From an uncultured Veillonellaceae bacterium (lineage in GTDB: Bacteria > Bacillota > Negativicutes > JARBTT01): a stretch of 64,000 nt of DNA. Below are positions 45,765-54,937 of this stretch, piece after piece. Where the stretch lies: assembly GCA_963805085.1 (NCBI GenBank), contig CAWDTA010000003.1, forward strand, positions 224,001 through 288,000. The letters are read 5' to 3'. The translations under genes were made by a program, and so were the position numbers. Under the pieces are notes generated by a model. That model did no database searches. It saw nothing but the letters and a program-made list of their open reading frames with translations, and had not been told where the DNA came from. Numbering within the stretch: the stretch's first letter is position 1; each line of letters opens with the position of its first letter.

Positions 45765-46928
45765 ATGGAAAATAAAAGTAAATTAGTCGCGGTAATGATG
45801 CTGGTCGTTATGTTAGTAATTGTACTCACTGGTTGTGGTGGGGCAGATTCCAATAAAATAAAAATTGGCCTGTTAAATGAAATGACTGGTGGGAATGCGA
45901 CACTCGGAACATCTTCGGCAAATGGCGCAAAATTAGCGTTTAAAGAAGCCAATGCGGATGGTGGTGTTCTAGGAAAGCAAATTGAAGCTGTAGTAGCTGA
46001 TAATAAATCCGAACCAGCCGAGGCTGCGAATGCAATGACGAAATTAATCAGCCAAGATAGAGTCGTTGCAGTTACTGGTACATTCTCAAGTTCCAATGCG
46101 ATTGCTGCTGCAAGTGTTGCGGAAGCAGCAAAAGTTCCGTATCTTGCTTCTGGAGCAACAAATCCAAAAGTAACTGTAGATGAAAAAACCGGTAAAGTAA
46201 ACGATTATGTTTTCCGTGTATGTTTCATCGATCCATTCCAAGGTACAGTTGCAGCAAATTTTGCAGTTGATAGCTTGAAATTAAAGAAAGCTGTTATGTT
46301 AATTGACAATAGCAGTGACTATAGTAAAGGTCTCGGTGATTTCTTCAAAAAAGCTTACACTGCAAAAGGCGGTGAAATTTTAGGCGAAGAAGCCTATTTA
46401 CAAAAAGATCAAGATTTTAAAACAATCTTAACAAAAATTAAAGGCTTAAATGCAGAAGTTATCTATGTTCCTGGTTATTATGAAGAAGTAGGTAAGATTG
46501 CCAAACAAGCGCGTGAACTTGGTATTGAAGCAGTGATCATCGGTGGTGATGGTTGGGATTCTCCTAAGTTAGCGGAAATCGCGGGTAGCGCTGCGCTTAA
46601 TAATACGTATTTTACCAATCATTATTCTGTAGAATCCAACGATCCAAAAGCAAAATCTTTCGTTGATGCTTATACGAAAGAATACGGTCAAAAACCAGAT
46701 GCACTAGCTGTACTTGGCTATGATGCAGCTCGTGTACTAATTGATGCGATCACTCGGGCAAATAGCATTGATCCTAACAAGATTCGTGAAGCATTGGCTG
46801 ATACGAAAAACTTCGATGCAATTAGCGGTGAAACTACCCTGAATGAAACACATGATGCTGTGAAGAATGCGGTTGTTATTGAAATGAAAGATGGCAAACA
46901 AACCTTCAAAACAAGTGTAAAACCTTAA
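45765..46928 (+). CDS. Branched-chain amino-acid-type ABC substrate-binding lipoprotein (LivJ/LivK family)
   Basis: Lipobox LTGC; FRVCFIDPFQG and GGDGWDS motifs; ATG at 45765 after AGGGG. Confidence 0.92.
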   Translation: MENKSKLVAVMMLVVMLVIVLTGCGGADSNKIKIGLLNEMTGGNATLGTSSANGAKLAFKEANADGGVLGKQIEAVVADNKSEPAEAANAMTKLISQDRVVAVTGTFSSSNAIAAASVAEAAKVPYLASGATNPKVTVDEKTGKVNDYVFRVCFIDPFQGTVAANFAVDSLKLKKAVMLIDNSSDYSKGLGDFFKKAYTAKGGEILGEEAYLQKDQDFKTILTKIKGLNAEVIYVPGYYEEVGKIAKQARELGIEAVIIGGDGWDSPKLAEIAGSAALNNTYFTNHYSVESNDPKAKSFVDAYTKEYGQKPDALAVLGYDAARVLIDAITRANSIDPNKIREALADTKNFDAISGETTLNETHDAVKNAVVIEMKDGKQTFKTSVKP

Positions 46929-47090
46929 CGAAACCTAGGATAAAGAATTATCTATGCACAAAGGATATTGCTTATTTTCAGGTATTTTTCTAACGAAAGA
47001 AGAGTGAACCTCTTGGTTCACTCTCAGGCTGTCGACAAAATAAAATATTTGAGTCGATGATTTAGAAAATATCTAAATCCGTTCCACTTA

Positions 47091-47253
47091 TAAACTAGTA
47101 CGAAGATAGGCTGCCGGCTGGTGAGAAGTACGCAGATGCTAGGCACAGTAAAGAGTTGCGAAGGAGTAGTACTTTCGTACGTCGACGAGCAGTACCTTGC
47201 TGTAACGACGCAGATGAGTGCTTCTCGTCGACTCGCGGCCTGTCTGTCCATAG
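47091..47253. repeat. Palindromic REP/MITE-like intergenic element, long copy
   Basis: Same ends as 43571-43690, plus a central ~45-bp segment containing gtactttcgtac. Confidence 0.75.
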
Positions 47254-47317
47254 CTTGTGTGTATTTATGCAGGAGTACATTGTACGTTGTATACATAATT
47301 TGTTTTACAGAAAAGTA

Positions 47318-47346
47318 TTGCATATTCAAATTACATGATTTATAAT
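47318..47346 (+). promoter_or_regulatory. Sigma-A promoter of the second livK-like gene
   Basis: TTGCAT-17 bp-TATAAT. Confidence 0.65.
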
Positions 47347-47574
47347 AACATTAGTCTAATAGATAGAAAAATAAATAAATAATTCCTGCAGGTTTATTTT
47401 CGACATCGAAAATAGCAATGTTAGCTATTAAGAGTCAAGTCATTTAAAATGATTTGGCTCTTTTTTATTTATTTTTATATCCTTTAGCTGTAGGAAAGTT
47501 CTAGGTTATATTGTCTGGTAACAGCCAGATGGGTCAAGATTCAATAACGGAAAGTAGAAGGGGGCATTTTGGTT

Positions 47575-48741
47575 ATGAAATTTAGTAAAAAGAGATTTTT
47601 AGCAATGGCTCTGGGCGTTTGTTTTAGCGCAACAGCATTGGTTGGTTGTGGTGGCGGTTCCGATTCGAAAGACATTAAAATCGGTATGGTAGCAGAACTA
47701 ACGGGCAGTAATGCTACTTATGGTACTTCACTTGTCAATGGTGCTAAATTGGCCATAAAAGAGAAAAATGCCAAAGGCGGGGTACTTGGTAAACAAGTGT
47801 CAACCGTAGTCGCTGATAATAAAAGCGAACCATCTGAATCAGCAAATGCAATGACGAAAATCATCAATCAAGATAAAGTTGTCGCAGTAACTGGCATTTT
47901 TACAAGTTCTAGTGCAATTGCTGCATCTAGTGTTGCAGAAGCAAGTAAAATACCATTCCTTACTGTTGGTGCTACCAATCCAAAAGTAACAGTAGGCGAT
48001 GATGGCAAAGTTAAAGATTATACATTCCGCGTGTGCTTCATCGATCCTTTCCAAGGAACAGTTGGTGCAAACTTCGTACTTGATGAATTGAAACTTAAGA
48101 AAACTGTTATGTTAATTGATAATAGCAGTGACTATAGTAAAGGATTGGCTTCATTCTTTAAGAAAGCTTACACTGCTAAAGGCGGTGAAATCGTAGGAGA
48201 AGAAGCTTATTTACAAAAAGACCAAGATTTTAAAACAATCTTAACAAAAATTAAAACTATGGGTGCTGAAGTAATTTATGTACCTGGTTATTATGAAGAA
48301 GTAGGTAAAATTGTAAAACAAGCGCGCGAAATTGGAATCACTGCTCCAATCGTTGGTGGTGATGGTTGGGATTCACCTAAACTAGTTGAAATCGCTGGTG
48401 GTGAAGCTCTTAACAATACGTTCTTCACAAATCACTATTCTGTAGATGATCCAAATCCATTATCAAAGACTTTCGTAGATGCTTATACGAAAGAATATGG
48501 TCAAAAACCAGATGCTCCAGCAGTTCTTGGTTATGACGCTATGAATGTAATGATGGATGCAATCGAAAGTGCAAAGAGCACTGATGCAAATAAGATTCGT
48601 GAAGCTTTAGCAGCTACAAAAGACTATAAAGCAGTCACTGGTTCTACTACATTAAATGATACACATGATGCTGTAAAAGGTGCTGCGATTATTGAATTCA
48701 AAGATGGTAAGCAATTATACCGTGCAACTGTTAACCCATGA
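47575..48741 (+). CDS. Second LivJ/LivK-family substrate-binding lipoprotein (tandem paralog)
   Basis: Lipobox LVGC; highly similar to 45765-46928. Confidence 0.92.
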   Translation: MKFSKKRFLAMALGVCFSATALVGCGGGSDSKDIKIGMVAELTGSNATYGTSLVNGAKLAIKEKNAKGGVLGKQVSTVVADNKSEPSESANAMTKIINQDKVVAVTGIFTSSSAIAASSVAEASKIPFLTVGATNPKVTVGDDGKVKDYTFRVCFIDPFQGTVGANFVLDELKLKKTVMLIDNSSDYSKGLASFFKKAYTAKGGEIVGEEAYLQKDQDFKTILTKIKTMGAEVIYVPGYYEEVGKIVKQAREIGITAPIVGGDGWDSPKLVEIAGGEALNNTFFTNHYSVDDPNPLSKTFVDAYTKEYGQKPDAPAVLGYDAMNVMMDAIESAKSTDANKIREALAATKDYKAVTGSTTLNDTHDAVKGAAIIEFKDGKQLYRATVNP

Positions 48742-48792
48742 ATGAATAAAACCTAATTTTATTCACCTCTCTCAAATATAAATATACACAAG

Positions 48793-48841
48793 GCAAAAGC
48801 CCCCAATCATAGGATATAAACCTAAGATTGGGGGCTTTTGC
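48793..48841 (+). terminator. Terminator after the second livK-like gene
   Basis: Inverted repeat gcaaaagcccccaatc / gattgggggcttttgc. Confidence 0.8.
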
Positions 48842-49553
48842 TATGCTCATTTGCATATTTAGATCTTAGTTTTTAAATGGTATATCAATAGGTGAGGAGT
48901 ATTCAAAAAATTAATATAAGCACCTATACTTTTTAGAGCTATACTGTACGGATAAATAATAGAAGGACAAGTATACTTAATGTAATAAAAATATATATAA
49001 TTGAAAATATGATAAATATTGACAGAAATTAATAAAATATTTACTCTTTATTTGTTGAGTATTTAATCATCGAGCAGAGTGAAGAAGAGAAAAATCATAT
49101 TTTAAAATGTGGAGGGAGTATATGAATTAAACAAGTGGTTAGTCTAATCTTTTGAAATTTACGGGCGAAGAATGAGGAAAGAGCTAAATTATTATTCTGG
49201 ATGTAAAGTTATGCCAATCGATACAATAAAAGAGAAAATTTCTCATCCTGATCGACGTAGGGAGCTGAAGGTAAAACCTTAGCTCCTTTGTTTTTTTACT
49301 GAACTTATTGAGAGAAAGGGGGCATTGGAACCAAACATCTTTATATTATTATAAGTACAAAATTTCTGACATAAATGACTGCTTGGTAGCAATTTTTTTT
49401 TATTGTCAAAAACGATTTTCGATTCCAGTACCAGACTAACTGAATTAGTCATCTGATTATATTGAATGCTGTTTTTTGGGGGGAATAATTGTTGTCCAAA
49501 GACTGATATGCATGTTTGGTCGGTGCTACCTGTAGTATTAAGGAGGTATTTGC

Positions 49554-49958
49554 ATGCGTAGTAAATCACAAGCAATATTAGATCAGAATTTAGCAGCGCA
49601 ATATGCTTTAAATGAAAATGAATATGACAGTCAAAAAATTTTGAATATTATCCGACGTTATTATGAGCTAAGAAGTTCAGCCGAAATTACTGCTGCACAA
49701 TATGGCTATGTTAGCAGCGGTAGCGATCCTGCTCATGGTAAAGATTATATTATGTGTGTTCTTGCCGATATTGATCAGGGGGTATCTATATTATCAGCAA
49801 GACAATTGGATGTTGTTAAACTTTTAAAAATGGGGTATCTGATTAAGGAAATTAGTAAAATTTTGGGTCTCAGACAGGTGACTGTAAACTTTCATATCCG
49901 TCAGGCGGGCTTACGGTTAGCCGCCTATCTTAATGACTTAAGGGAAGTGATAAGATGA
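49554..49958 (+). CDS. Phage-type transcriptional activator with sigma70 region-4/LuxR-like HTH
   Basis: LSARQLDVVKLLKMGYLIKEISKILGLRQVTVNFHI; AGGAGG RBS. Confidence 0.75.
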   Translation: MRSKSQAILDQNLAAQYALNENEYDSQKILNIIRRYYELRSSAEITAAQYGYVSSGSDPAHGKDYIMCVLADIDQGVSILSARQLDVVKLLKMGYLIKEISKILGLRQVTVNFHIRQAGLRLAAYLNDLREVIR

Positions 49959-50149
49959 GACAATATTATACATTGGAAATGCTAGAGGAGTTTTAGCGGT
50001 GTCAAGAACCAAGTATGTCTGAAGAAGTAGTAGAGAAAAAGGCAAAAAATTTAAAGAGGGTATTAAACACTCTGGAAATTAGCTGGTCGCGCAGTAATCA
50101 CCGGTTTTATGAGCACAACCAGCTTCAGGATTTTTCGCAAAAAATTTAA
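49955..50149 (+). pseudogene. Small phage-like ORF interrupted by an in-frame TAG
   Basis: ATG overlaps the upstream stop (ATGA). Reads MRQYYTLEMLEEF*RCQEPS...QDFSQKI*, with TAG at 49994. Confidence 0.45.
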
Positions 50150-50210
50150 TTGAGGAATCACTATCCTTAGTTGCTGTTTAATGTACGTATAAAAAGTAGG
50201 AGGTGAAAAT

Positions 50211-50378
50211 ATGATTTGTCCACTACTTTATATCAAACCCGATAATACCATGGTTTCAGTTGGTCAATGTATGGAGGAGGCCTGCGCCTGGTGGATTACC
50301 GATAGTAGTACAACAGGTACAAGTACAGGTAAATGTGCAATCTGCCAGCTGGGAGAGTCTGCTGCCAAGCAGGAATAA
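50211..50378 (+). CDS. Small Cys-rich hypothetical protein (55 aa)
   Basis: Strong AGGAGGTG RBS; MICPLL...QCMEEACAWW...KCAICQL; below the ORF-track size cutoff. Confidence 0.65.
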   Translation: MICPLLYIKPDNTMVSVGQCMEEACAWWITDSSTTGTSTGKCAICQLGESAAKQE

Positions 50379-50399
50379 TAGGAGAAAGGAGATGGCGAT

Positions 50400-50876
50400 A
50401 TGATTTCAACATTGAAATTAAGTGACATTACCAGTAAATGGCGGGATGCTTTAAAGGCAAGTACGGCGATTCAAAACTACTGCACGAGCAAGTACAATCA
50501 GATGCCAAAAATCTATGTTGGCATTAACGGTAAAAAATTGCCGGCAGATACCGACTGTCCATTGATCATCCTTTATCCCGGCGCGAAAACGGAAGGGCTC
50601 GAGCTAAAGGAATACACCTATAAACTTACAGTGGGCTGGATCATACTTCAAGACGCGACGACAACGACTAACAACGTAACAGAGTATTCGGGCGTTGCAG
50701 AATGTGATGAACTTGGCCAACTGATATATCAAGAACTGGCGGGACTGAGTACGGATAATCCGATCAGCGAAATGAAGTACAGTATTGAACCAGTGGCCTA
50801 TTATCCGCGTTTTCCCGGACGTATGGATATTACCATAAAATTAACGCCTGTCAATGGCTATAACATTGAATATTAA
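50400..50876 (+). CDS. Putative tail completion/terminator protein
   Basis: 158 aa directly before the tail tube gene; AGGAG RBS. Function is inferred from synteny. Confidence 0.55.
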   Translation: MISTLKLSDITSKWRDALKASTAIQNYCTSKYNQMPKIYVGINGKKLPADTDCPLIILYPGAKTEGLELKEYTYKLTVGWIILQDATTTTNNVTEYSGVAECDELGQLIYQELAGLSTDNPISEMKYSIEPVAYYPRFPGRMDITIKLTPVNGYNIEY

Positions 50877-50887
50877 GGAGGTACAAC

Positions 50888-51841
50888 ATGTCAAGAGCAA
50901 AAGGATATAATTCTCAATTAGCCATGGGGTATGAAACTACCTATGGCAAAACGCCAACGTCGATTAAGGGGTATAATATGCCGTTTAATCAGTCGAAAAT
51001 CGGAACTAAACAAAATTTAATCGAATCGAGCACTATTCGTGGACGCCGCGATAAAGAACAACCAGCGGTAGGGAGTATCGATGTATCCGGTAGTATCGTA
51101 GTGCCAATCGATCAGGTTGGCATTGGGTTTTGGTTAGCGGCTATGTTTGGCAGCCCGACGACTACTGGTACTGGTGATCCTTATACCCATGTTTTCAAAA
51201 TAAAAGATGGACAGCCCTCTTTAGTGCTGGAACAGCAATACCCAGATATTACAACCTATGAAATGTTTAACGGCTGCAAAGCAAATAAGTTTTCCTTTAC
51301 GTATGGTGGCGATACCGAGTTGACCGCCCAAATAGATTTAATGGGTGCTAAAAGAACGATTGGGGCAACGTCTTTTACCTCTGATTTGACCGATATCTCG
51401 CTATTAAGATACAGCAATTTTCAAGGGACGATCGAAGAAGGCGGTTCACAACTGGCTACTGTGACCGAAGCGAATCTAAACGTGGATTTTGGCCTAGATG
51501 GCAAGTCCTACACCATTGGTGGAGGCGGCTGTCGAACTGAACTCCCGGAAGGATACGTGCAAGCGTCCGGGAATATCAAGGCATTTTTCGAAGATACGGT
51601 GCTGCTGAATAAGGCGATAAATAACACCAAAACATCGCTGAATTTCAAGTTTGCAAATGGCATGCACAGCTTAGGATTTTTCATGGAAGAAGTAATGCTC
51701 CAGCAAACTTCACCCGGTATAGAAAATGAAAAAGGCATCATAATTAACCTACCGTTTAAGGCATATTACAACAGCGGCACAGGTGGCAGTATCCTTGTTG
51801 CGACACTGGTCAATGATCATGCTTCCTACGCAGTGTCCTAA
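50888..51841 (+). CDS. Phage tail tube (major tail) protein, non-contractile type
   Basis: GYETTYG N-terminal motif; G.IDVSGSI, YTHVF and GNIKAFFED segments typical of siphoviral tube proteins; AGGAGG RBS. Confidence 0.78.
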   Translation: MSRAKGYNSQLAMGYETTYGKTPTSIKGYNMPFNQSKIGTKQNLIESSTIRGRRDKEQPAVGSIDVSGSIVVPIDQVGIGFWLAAMFGSPTTTGTGDPYTHVFKIKDGQPSLVLEQQYPDITTYEMFNGCKANKFSFTYGGDTELTAQIDLMGAKRTIGATSFTSDLTDISLLRYSNFQGTIEEGGSQLATVTEANLNVDFGLDGKSYTIGGGGCRTELPEGYVQASGNIKAFFEDTVLLNKAINNTKTSLNFKFANGMHSLGFFMEEVMLQQTSPGIENEKGIIINLPFKAYYNSGTGGSILVATLVNDHASYAVS

Positions 51842-52193
51842 ACAAAAATAAAACCAAGTAACAGATTAGCGACAAGACTTTATAAAATGTAAACTATATC
51901 ATTCTTTACGCATTGTGCTTATGAAACAATGCGTAAAGAAACTTGGATTATTTTCAAAGCATAAAATTATATGGTACATATAACTTTAATTTTTCCGCGA
52001 GAAATAGAAAGAGATAACATAAAAAAGGCCTGTTGGCCTTTTTTTAATGGGATAGTATAAAGAAAATTATATAAATGTGCATTGGATAAATACCTGATAT
52101 TACTTAACCTTTGAATAAAAATTCAAAATGTTGTTGTAAAGAGCATCGTTAGTCCTGAAGGCAAGATAATATGCGGAGGGAGGGGATTGATGG

Positions 52194-53651
52194 GTGGATT
52201 GGAGTATAGATGGTTTAAAAGCTGCGATTATTAATGAGACTACTTATGTGAGTAATAAAATTGATAATGAGCTTACTTATGCGTCTAACCAATTAGATAA
52301 AGGGGAAGCTGCGGTTCTTAATGAGGTTACTTATGCAAAAAATGTAGTGGAGAAAGTCTTTTTTCCAGATGCTTCAAATGATCGTCAATCTGGACAAGAT
52401 GAGAGTGACGATACAGCCAGCGCTGCTTCAACGCAATCGGCAAATGGGGTGCCTGCTCCGAGTGGAGAAGAATGGTACTATCAAAAGGCGCAAGAAATAC
52501 AAAATGAGCATCCAGAAATGAGCCAAGAACAGATAACTAATAAAATGTCGGAGGAAATCTGGAACAACAATTATAATGCATTAATGGATGATATTGCCCA
52601 TAGTAAAACGCCGGAAGAACGGGATCAAAAGATTAAAGACTATCAGGCGGAATTAGATAATTATAAAGCATCTGGAATTAATGTTGATAATGATGTAGAA
52701 TATCTTAGAGATGTGCAAGGTATGCCAAAAGAAACTATTTCAAGTAAAATAATTTCTTTGATGAGTAATTATTCATTTAAAGTTGTAGAGTATCAATATA
52801 GTGTACCTCCTGACAGTTTTGCATTTATTGAAATCCCAAAAGACGGAATCAGTATAGAGAAATATACTGATTACCAAATACAAAAGAATGATGCTGAGAA
52901 TACAGTACATAATAGTTTGCAACAACAGGTTGAGGAGTTACTTGAAAAAGCAAAAAAATTACAGTTTATTAACGGTCGTCAATTAACGGACGCGGATCGT
53001 GAAGCGGGTTATCAACTGATGCCAACTCTTAATGGGCTAACCTACGTAAGAGCGAGATATGAGGATGGTAACTGGGTAATCCATCCTGATGACAGGCAAC
53101 TGGTCCAAGAAAGCAACCAAGATGTTGCTAAAGGTATGCTCTTAGGTGGAGTTTTACCAGGTGTAATTAAAGGAGTAAATGCAAGTGGAAAAAGTCTGCT
53201 TAAGGCTTTTACACAGGAGTCGAGTGAAAATTTTAGATTTAAAGAAGTTAATAGATTTACTGCGGAAGAAACAAATCAATGGTTTGTAGATAACATAAAA
53301 CCGGATTATAAACCACCATATAGACCAGGTACGGTCGTGAAAGAAATTGAGTTAAGCGAAAAAACAACATTTGTACGTGTATATGATAATAATCCGGGTG
53401 GATCTGGTAAGTATGGTAGCTGGGTAATGGATGCTAAAGAGATAGAGGGATTGACACCAAATCAGATTCAAGATAAATTTGCTCTGCCGAATATCCCTAA
53501 ATATGTTTGTGATGTTGAATTAGAGTCAGCTACTCGTATACGGGTAGGTGAAGTAAATCCACTTGATGGTTGGGGGGATGGTGGAGGTACACAATATGAT
53601 TTAATTGGACAAAGAATAGGTAAGTTTATAAATGAAAGATTATTAGAATAG
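52194..53651 (+). CDS. Polymorphic toxin 1: shared N-terminal domain plus putative TNT/ART-like C-terminal toxin
   Basis: Shares the APSGEE..NNNY..VDNDVEYL block with the other cassettes. C-terminus FVRVY...GSW...KFALP...GGGTQY. Followed by a small gene. Confidence 0.65.
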   Translation: MDWSIDGLKAAIINETTYVSNKIDNELTYASNQLDKGEAAVLNEVTYAKNVVEKVFFPDASNDRQSGQDESDDTASAASTQSANGVPAPSGEEWYYQKAQEIQNEHPEMSQEQITNKMSEEIWNNNYNALMDDIAHSKTPEERDQKIKDYQAELDNYKASGINVDNDVEYLRDVQGMPKETISSKIISLMSNYSFKVVEYQYSVPPDSFAFIEIPKDGISIEKYTDYQIQKNDAENTVHNSLQQQVEELLEKAKKLQFINGRQLTDADREAGYQLMPTLNGLTYVRARYEDGNWVIHPDDRQLVQESNQDVAKGMLLGGVLPGVIKGVNASGKSLLKAFTQESSENFRFKEVNRFTAEETNQWFVDNIKPDYKPPYRPGTVVKEIELSEKTTFVRVYDNNPGGSGKYGSWVMDAKEIEGLTPNQIQDKFALPNIPKYVCDVELESATRIRVGEVNPLDGWGDGGGTQYDLIGQRIGKFINERLLE

Positions 53652-53660
53652 GAGAAAACT

Positions 53661-53999
53661 ATGTATAGTATAAAAGATAATAATCTATTTATTAATTTAA
53701 AATGCGTAAAGTTTGATTTTGACATAAGAAATACGGTAGAATATTCGGGGCGTGTAGTTATTCTTTTGAGTATTCCATTTACAAGCAACGATATTAACAA
53801 TATTTATTGTGTAAGTGAGCTTGGAGAAATAATATGGCAGTCAGAAGATCTGAATTTGCTTTATCCTGACCTCAAAAATCTACCATATGAACAAATGGGA
53901 ATAAAAGATGGTATTTTGTATGCTTCTGATTTTTATGGTAGAAGTTATATGATTGATTTGGATACTGGAAGAATAAAAGGCTGTAACATTGTAAAATAA
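53661..53999 (+). CDS. Putative immunity protein for toxin 1
   Basis: 112 aa, 9 nt downstream with an AGGAG RBS; beta-rich NIYC...GEIIWQ...IDLDTG pattern. Confidence 0.6.
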   Translation: MYSIKDNNLFINLKCVKFDFDIRNTVEYSGRVVILLSIPFTSNDINNIYCVSELGEIIWQSEDLNLLYPDLKNLPYEQMGIKDGILYASDFYGRSYMIDLDTGRIKGCNIVK

Positions 54000-54226
54000 T
54001 CAGTGAGTTAACTTTAAAGGAAATGTTCACTTCAAAAATTTGAAAAAATTAGCCGCAAAATGGTGGAAGTAAATCATAATAATGAAAACGATTAGGATAG
54101 TAAAAATTAGAGACAAGAACATATTTATCAACAATAATGGCAGCATCTTACGCAGATGCTGCCATTTCCATTACGACTTATCTTTATAGAAGTTGCGGCA
54201 TCCGTCGCACATGACGCACATTAGAT

Positions 54227-54717
54227 CTAAATGTGAATTTCAAAAGTTATAAAAACAAAGGAGGAAAAAACAATGGCACAATTTCCAAATATTCAACAGC
54301 CAGTATACCCATTTACCACTAAAATCAAAGACCCTTCTCTGCAGTCCGAAATGGAAAACGGGATGGTTCTTTCCCGGGCTAAGTTTACTCGGGTACCGAA
54401 GATCTTTACTCTGAAATGGACGGCTTTACCTGCCGCTGATTATGCAAGCTTGCGTGATTTTTACTGCAATACGGTTTATGGCGGGAGTTTGGCGTTTGAC
54501 TGGTCTTATCCAACCGTTGCGGACGACTCGTATTCCGGTAAGCTGTTCTCCGTTCGCTTCAAAAGCGAAGACATTAGTTTCGATTTAGCAGCACCGGGCT
54601 ACTATTCCGGCAGTATAACAATTCAGGAGGTGTAATATGTTAAATTTATCAGTTGCCGGTATGCTGGAAAAAAGTCAGCTTTCCAGTGACGGTGTATGGC
54701 TTTTGCTAGTGGAAGTT
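54227..54717 (+). repeat. Direct repeat copy 1 (Dit gene plus 5' end of the gpL-like gene)
   Basis: Near-identical to 59058-59548 at an offset of 4831 nt. Confidence 0.9.
54273..54635 (+). CDS. Distal tail protein (lambda gpM/Dit-like), copy 1
   Basis: 120 aa; SEMENG..SRAKFTR, FDW.YP and VRF motifs; precedes a gpL-like start. Confidence 0.7.
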   Translation: MAQFPNIQQPVYPFTTKIKDPSLQSEMENGMVLSRAKFTRVPKIFTLKWTALPAADYASLRDFYCNTVYGGSLAFDWSYPTVADDSYSGKLFSVRFKSEDISFDLAAPGYYSGSITIQEV

Positions 54718-54768
54718 GCTATCCCGGATAAACATAATAAGAATAGATCGGTCATAACGACTGCATAA
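54637..54768 (+). pseudogene. Truncated 5' copy of the gpL/DUF1833-like gene
   Basis: First 27 codons are identical to 59468 (MLNLSVAGMLEKSQLSSDGVWLLLVEV), then the sequence diverges and stops. Confidence 0.8.
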
Positions 54769-54937
54769 GACAGAAATAATTCTTTTCGAAGTATAAACTT
54801 ATAATATATATAACTTTAAGTTTTCGCGCGAAGTACAAAACGATAAAAAAGGCCTGTTGGCCTTTTTTTATTTGCTGTCGTTTAAACAAAAAGTGTGATA
54901 TGAACTATTCTTATTTTGAGAAAGGATTTAGAGGTTA

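Noticed and set aside
44867-46096. Minus-strand ORFs of 219 aa and 165 aa
   Set aside because: They are antisense to the ABC ATPase, the glycine riboswitch and livK, with no recognisable motifs.
47024-47345. Cluster of small ORFs between the livK paralogs
   Set aside because: They arise from the palindromic repeat element and have no RBS or coding signature.
49994-49996. In-frame TAG as pyrrolysine recoding
   Set aside because: No pyl genes or supporting context in the window; a nonsense mutation or sequencing error is simpler.
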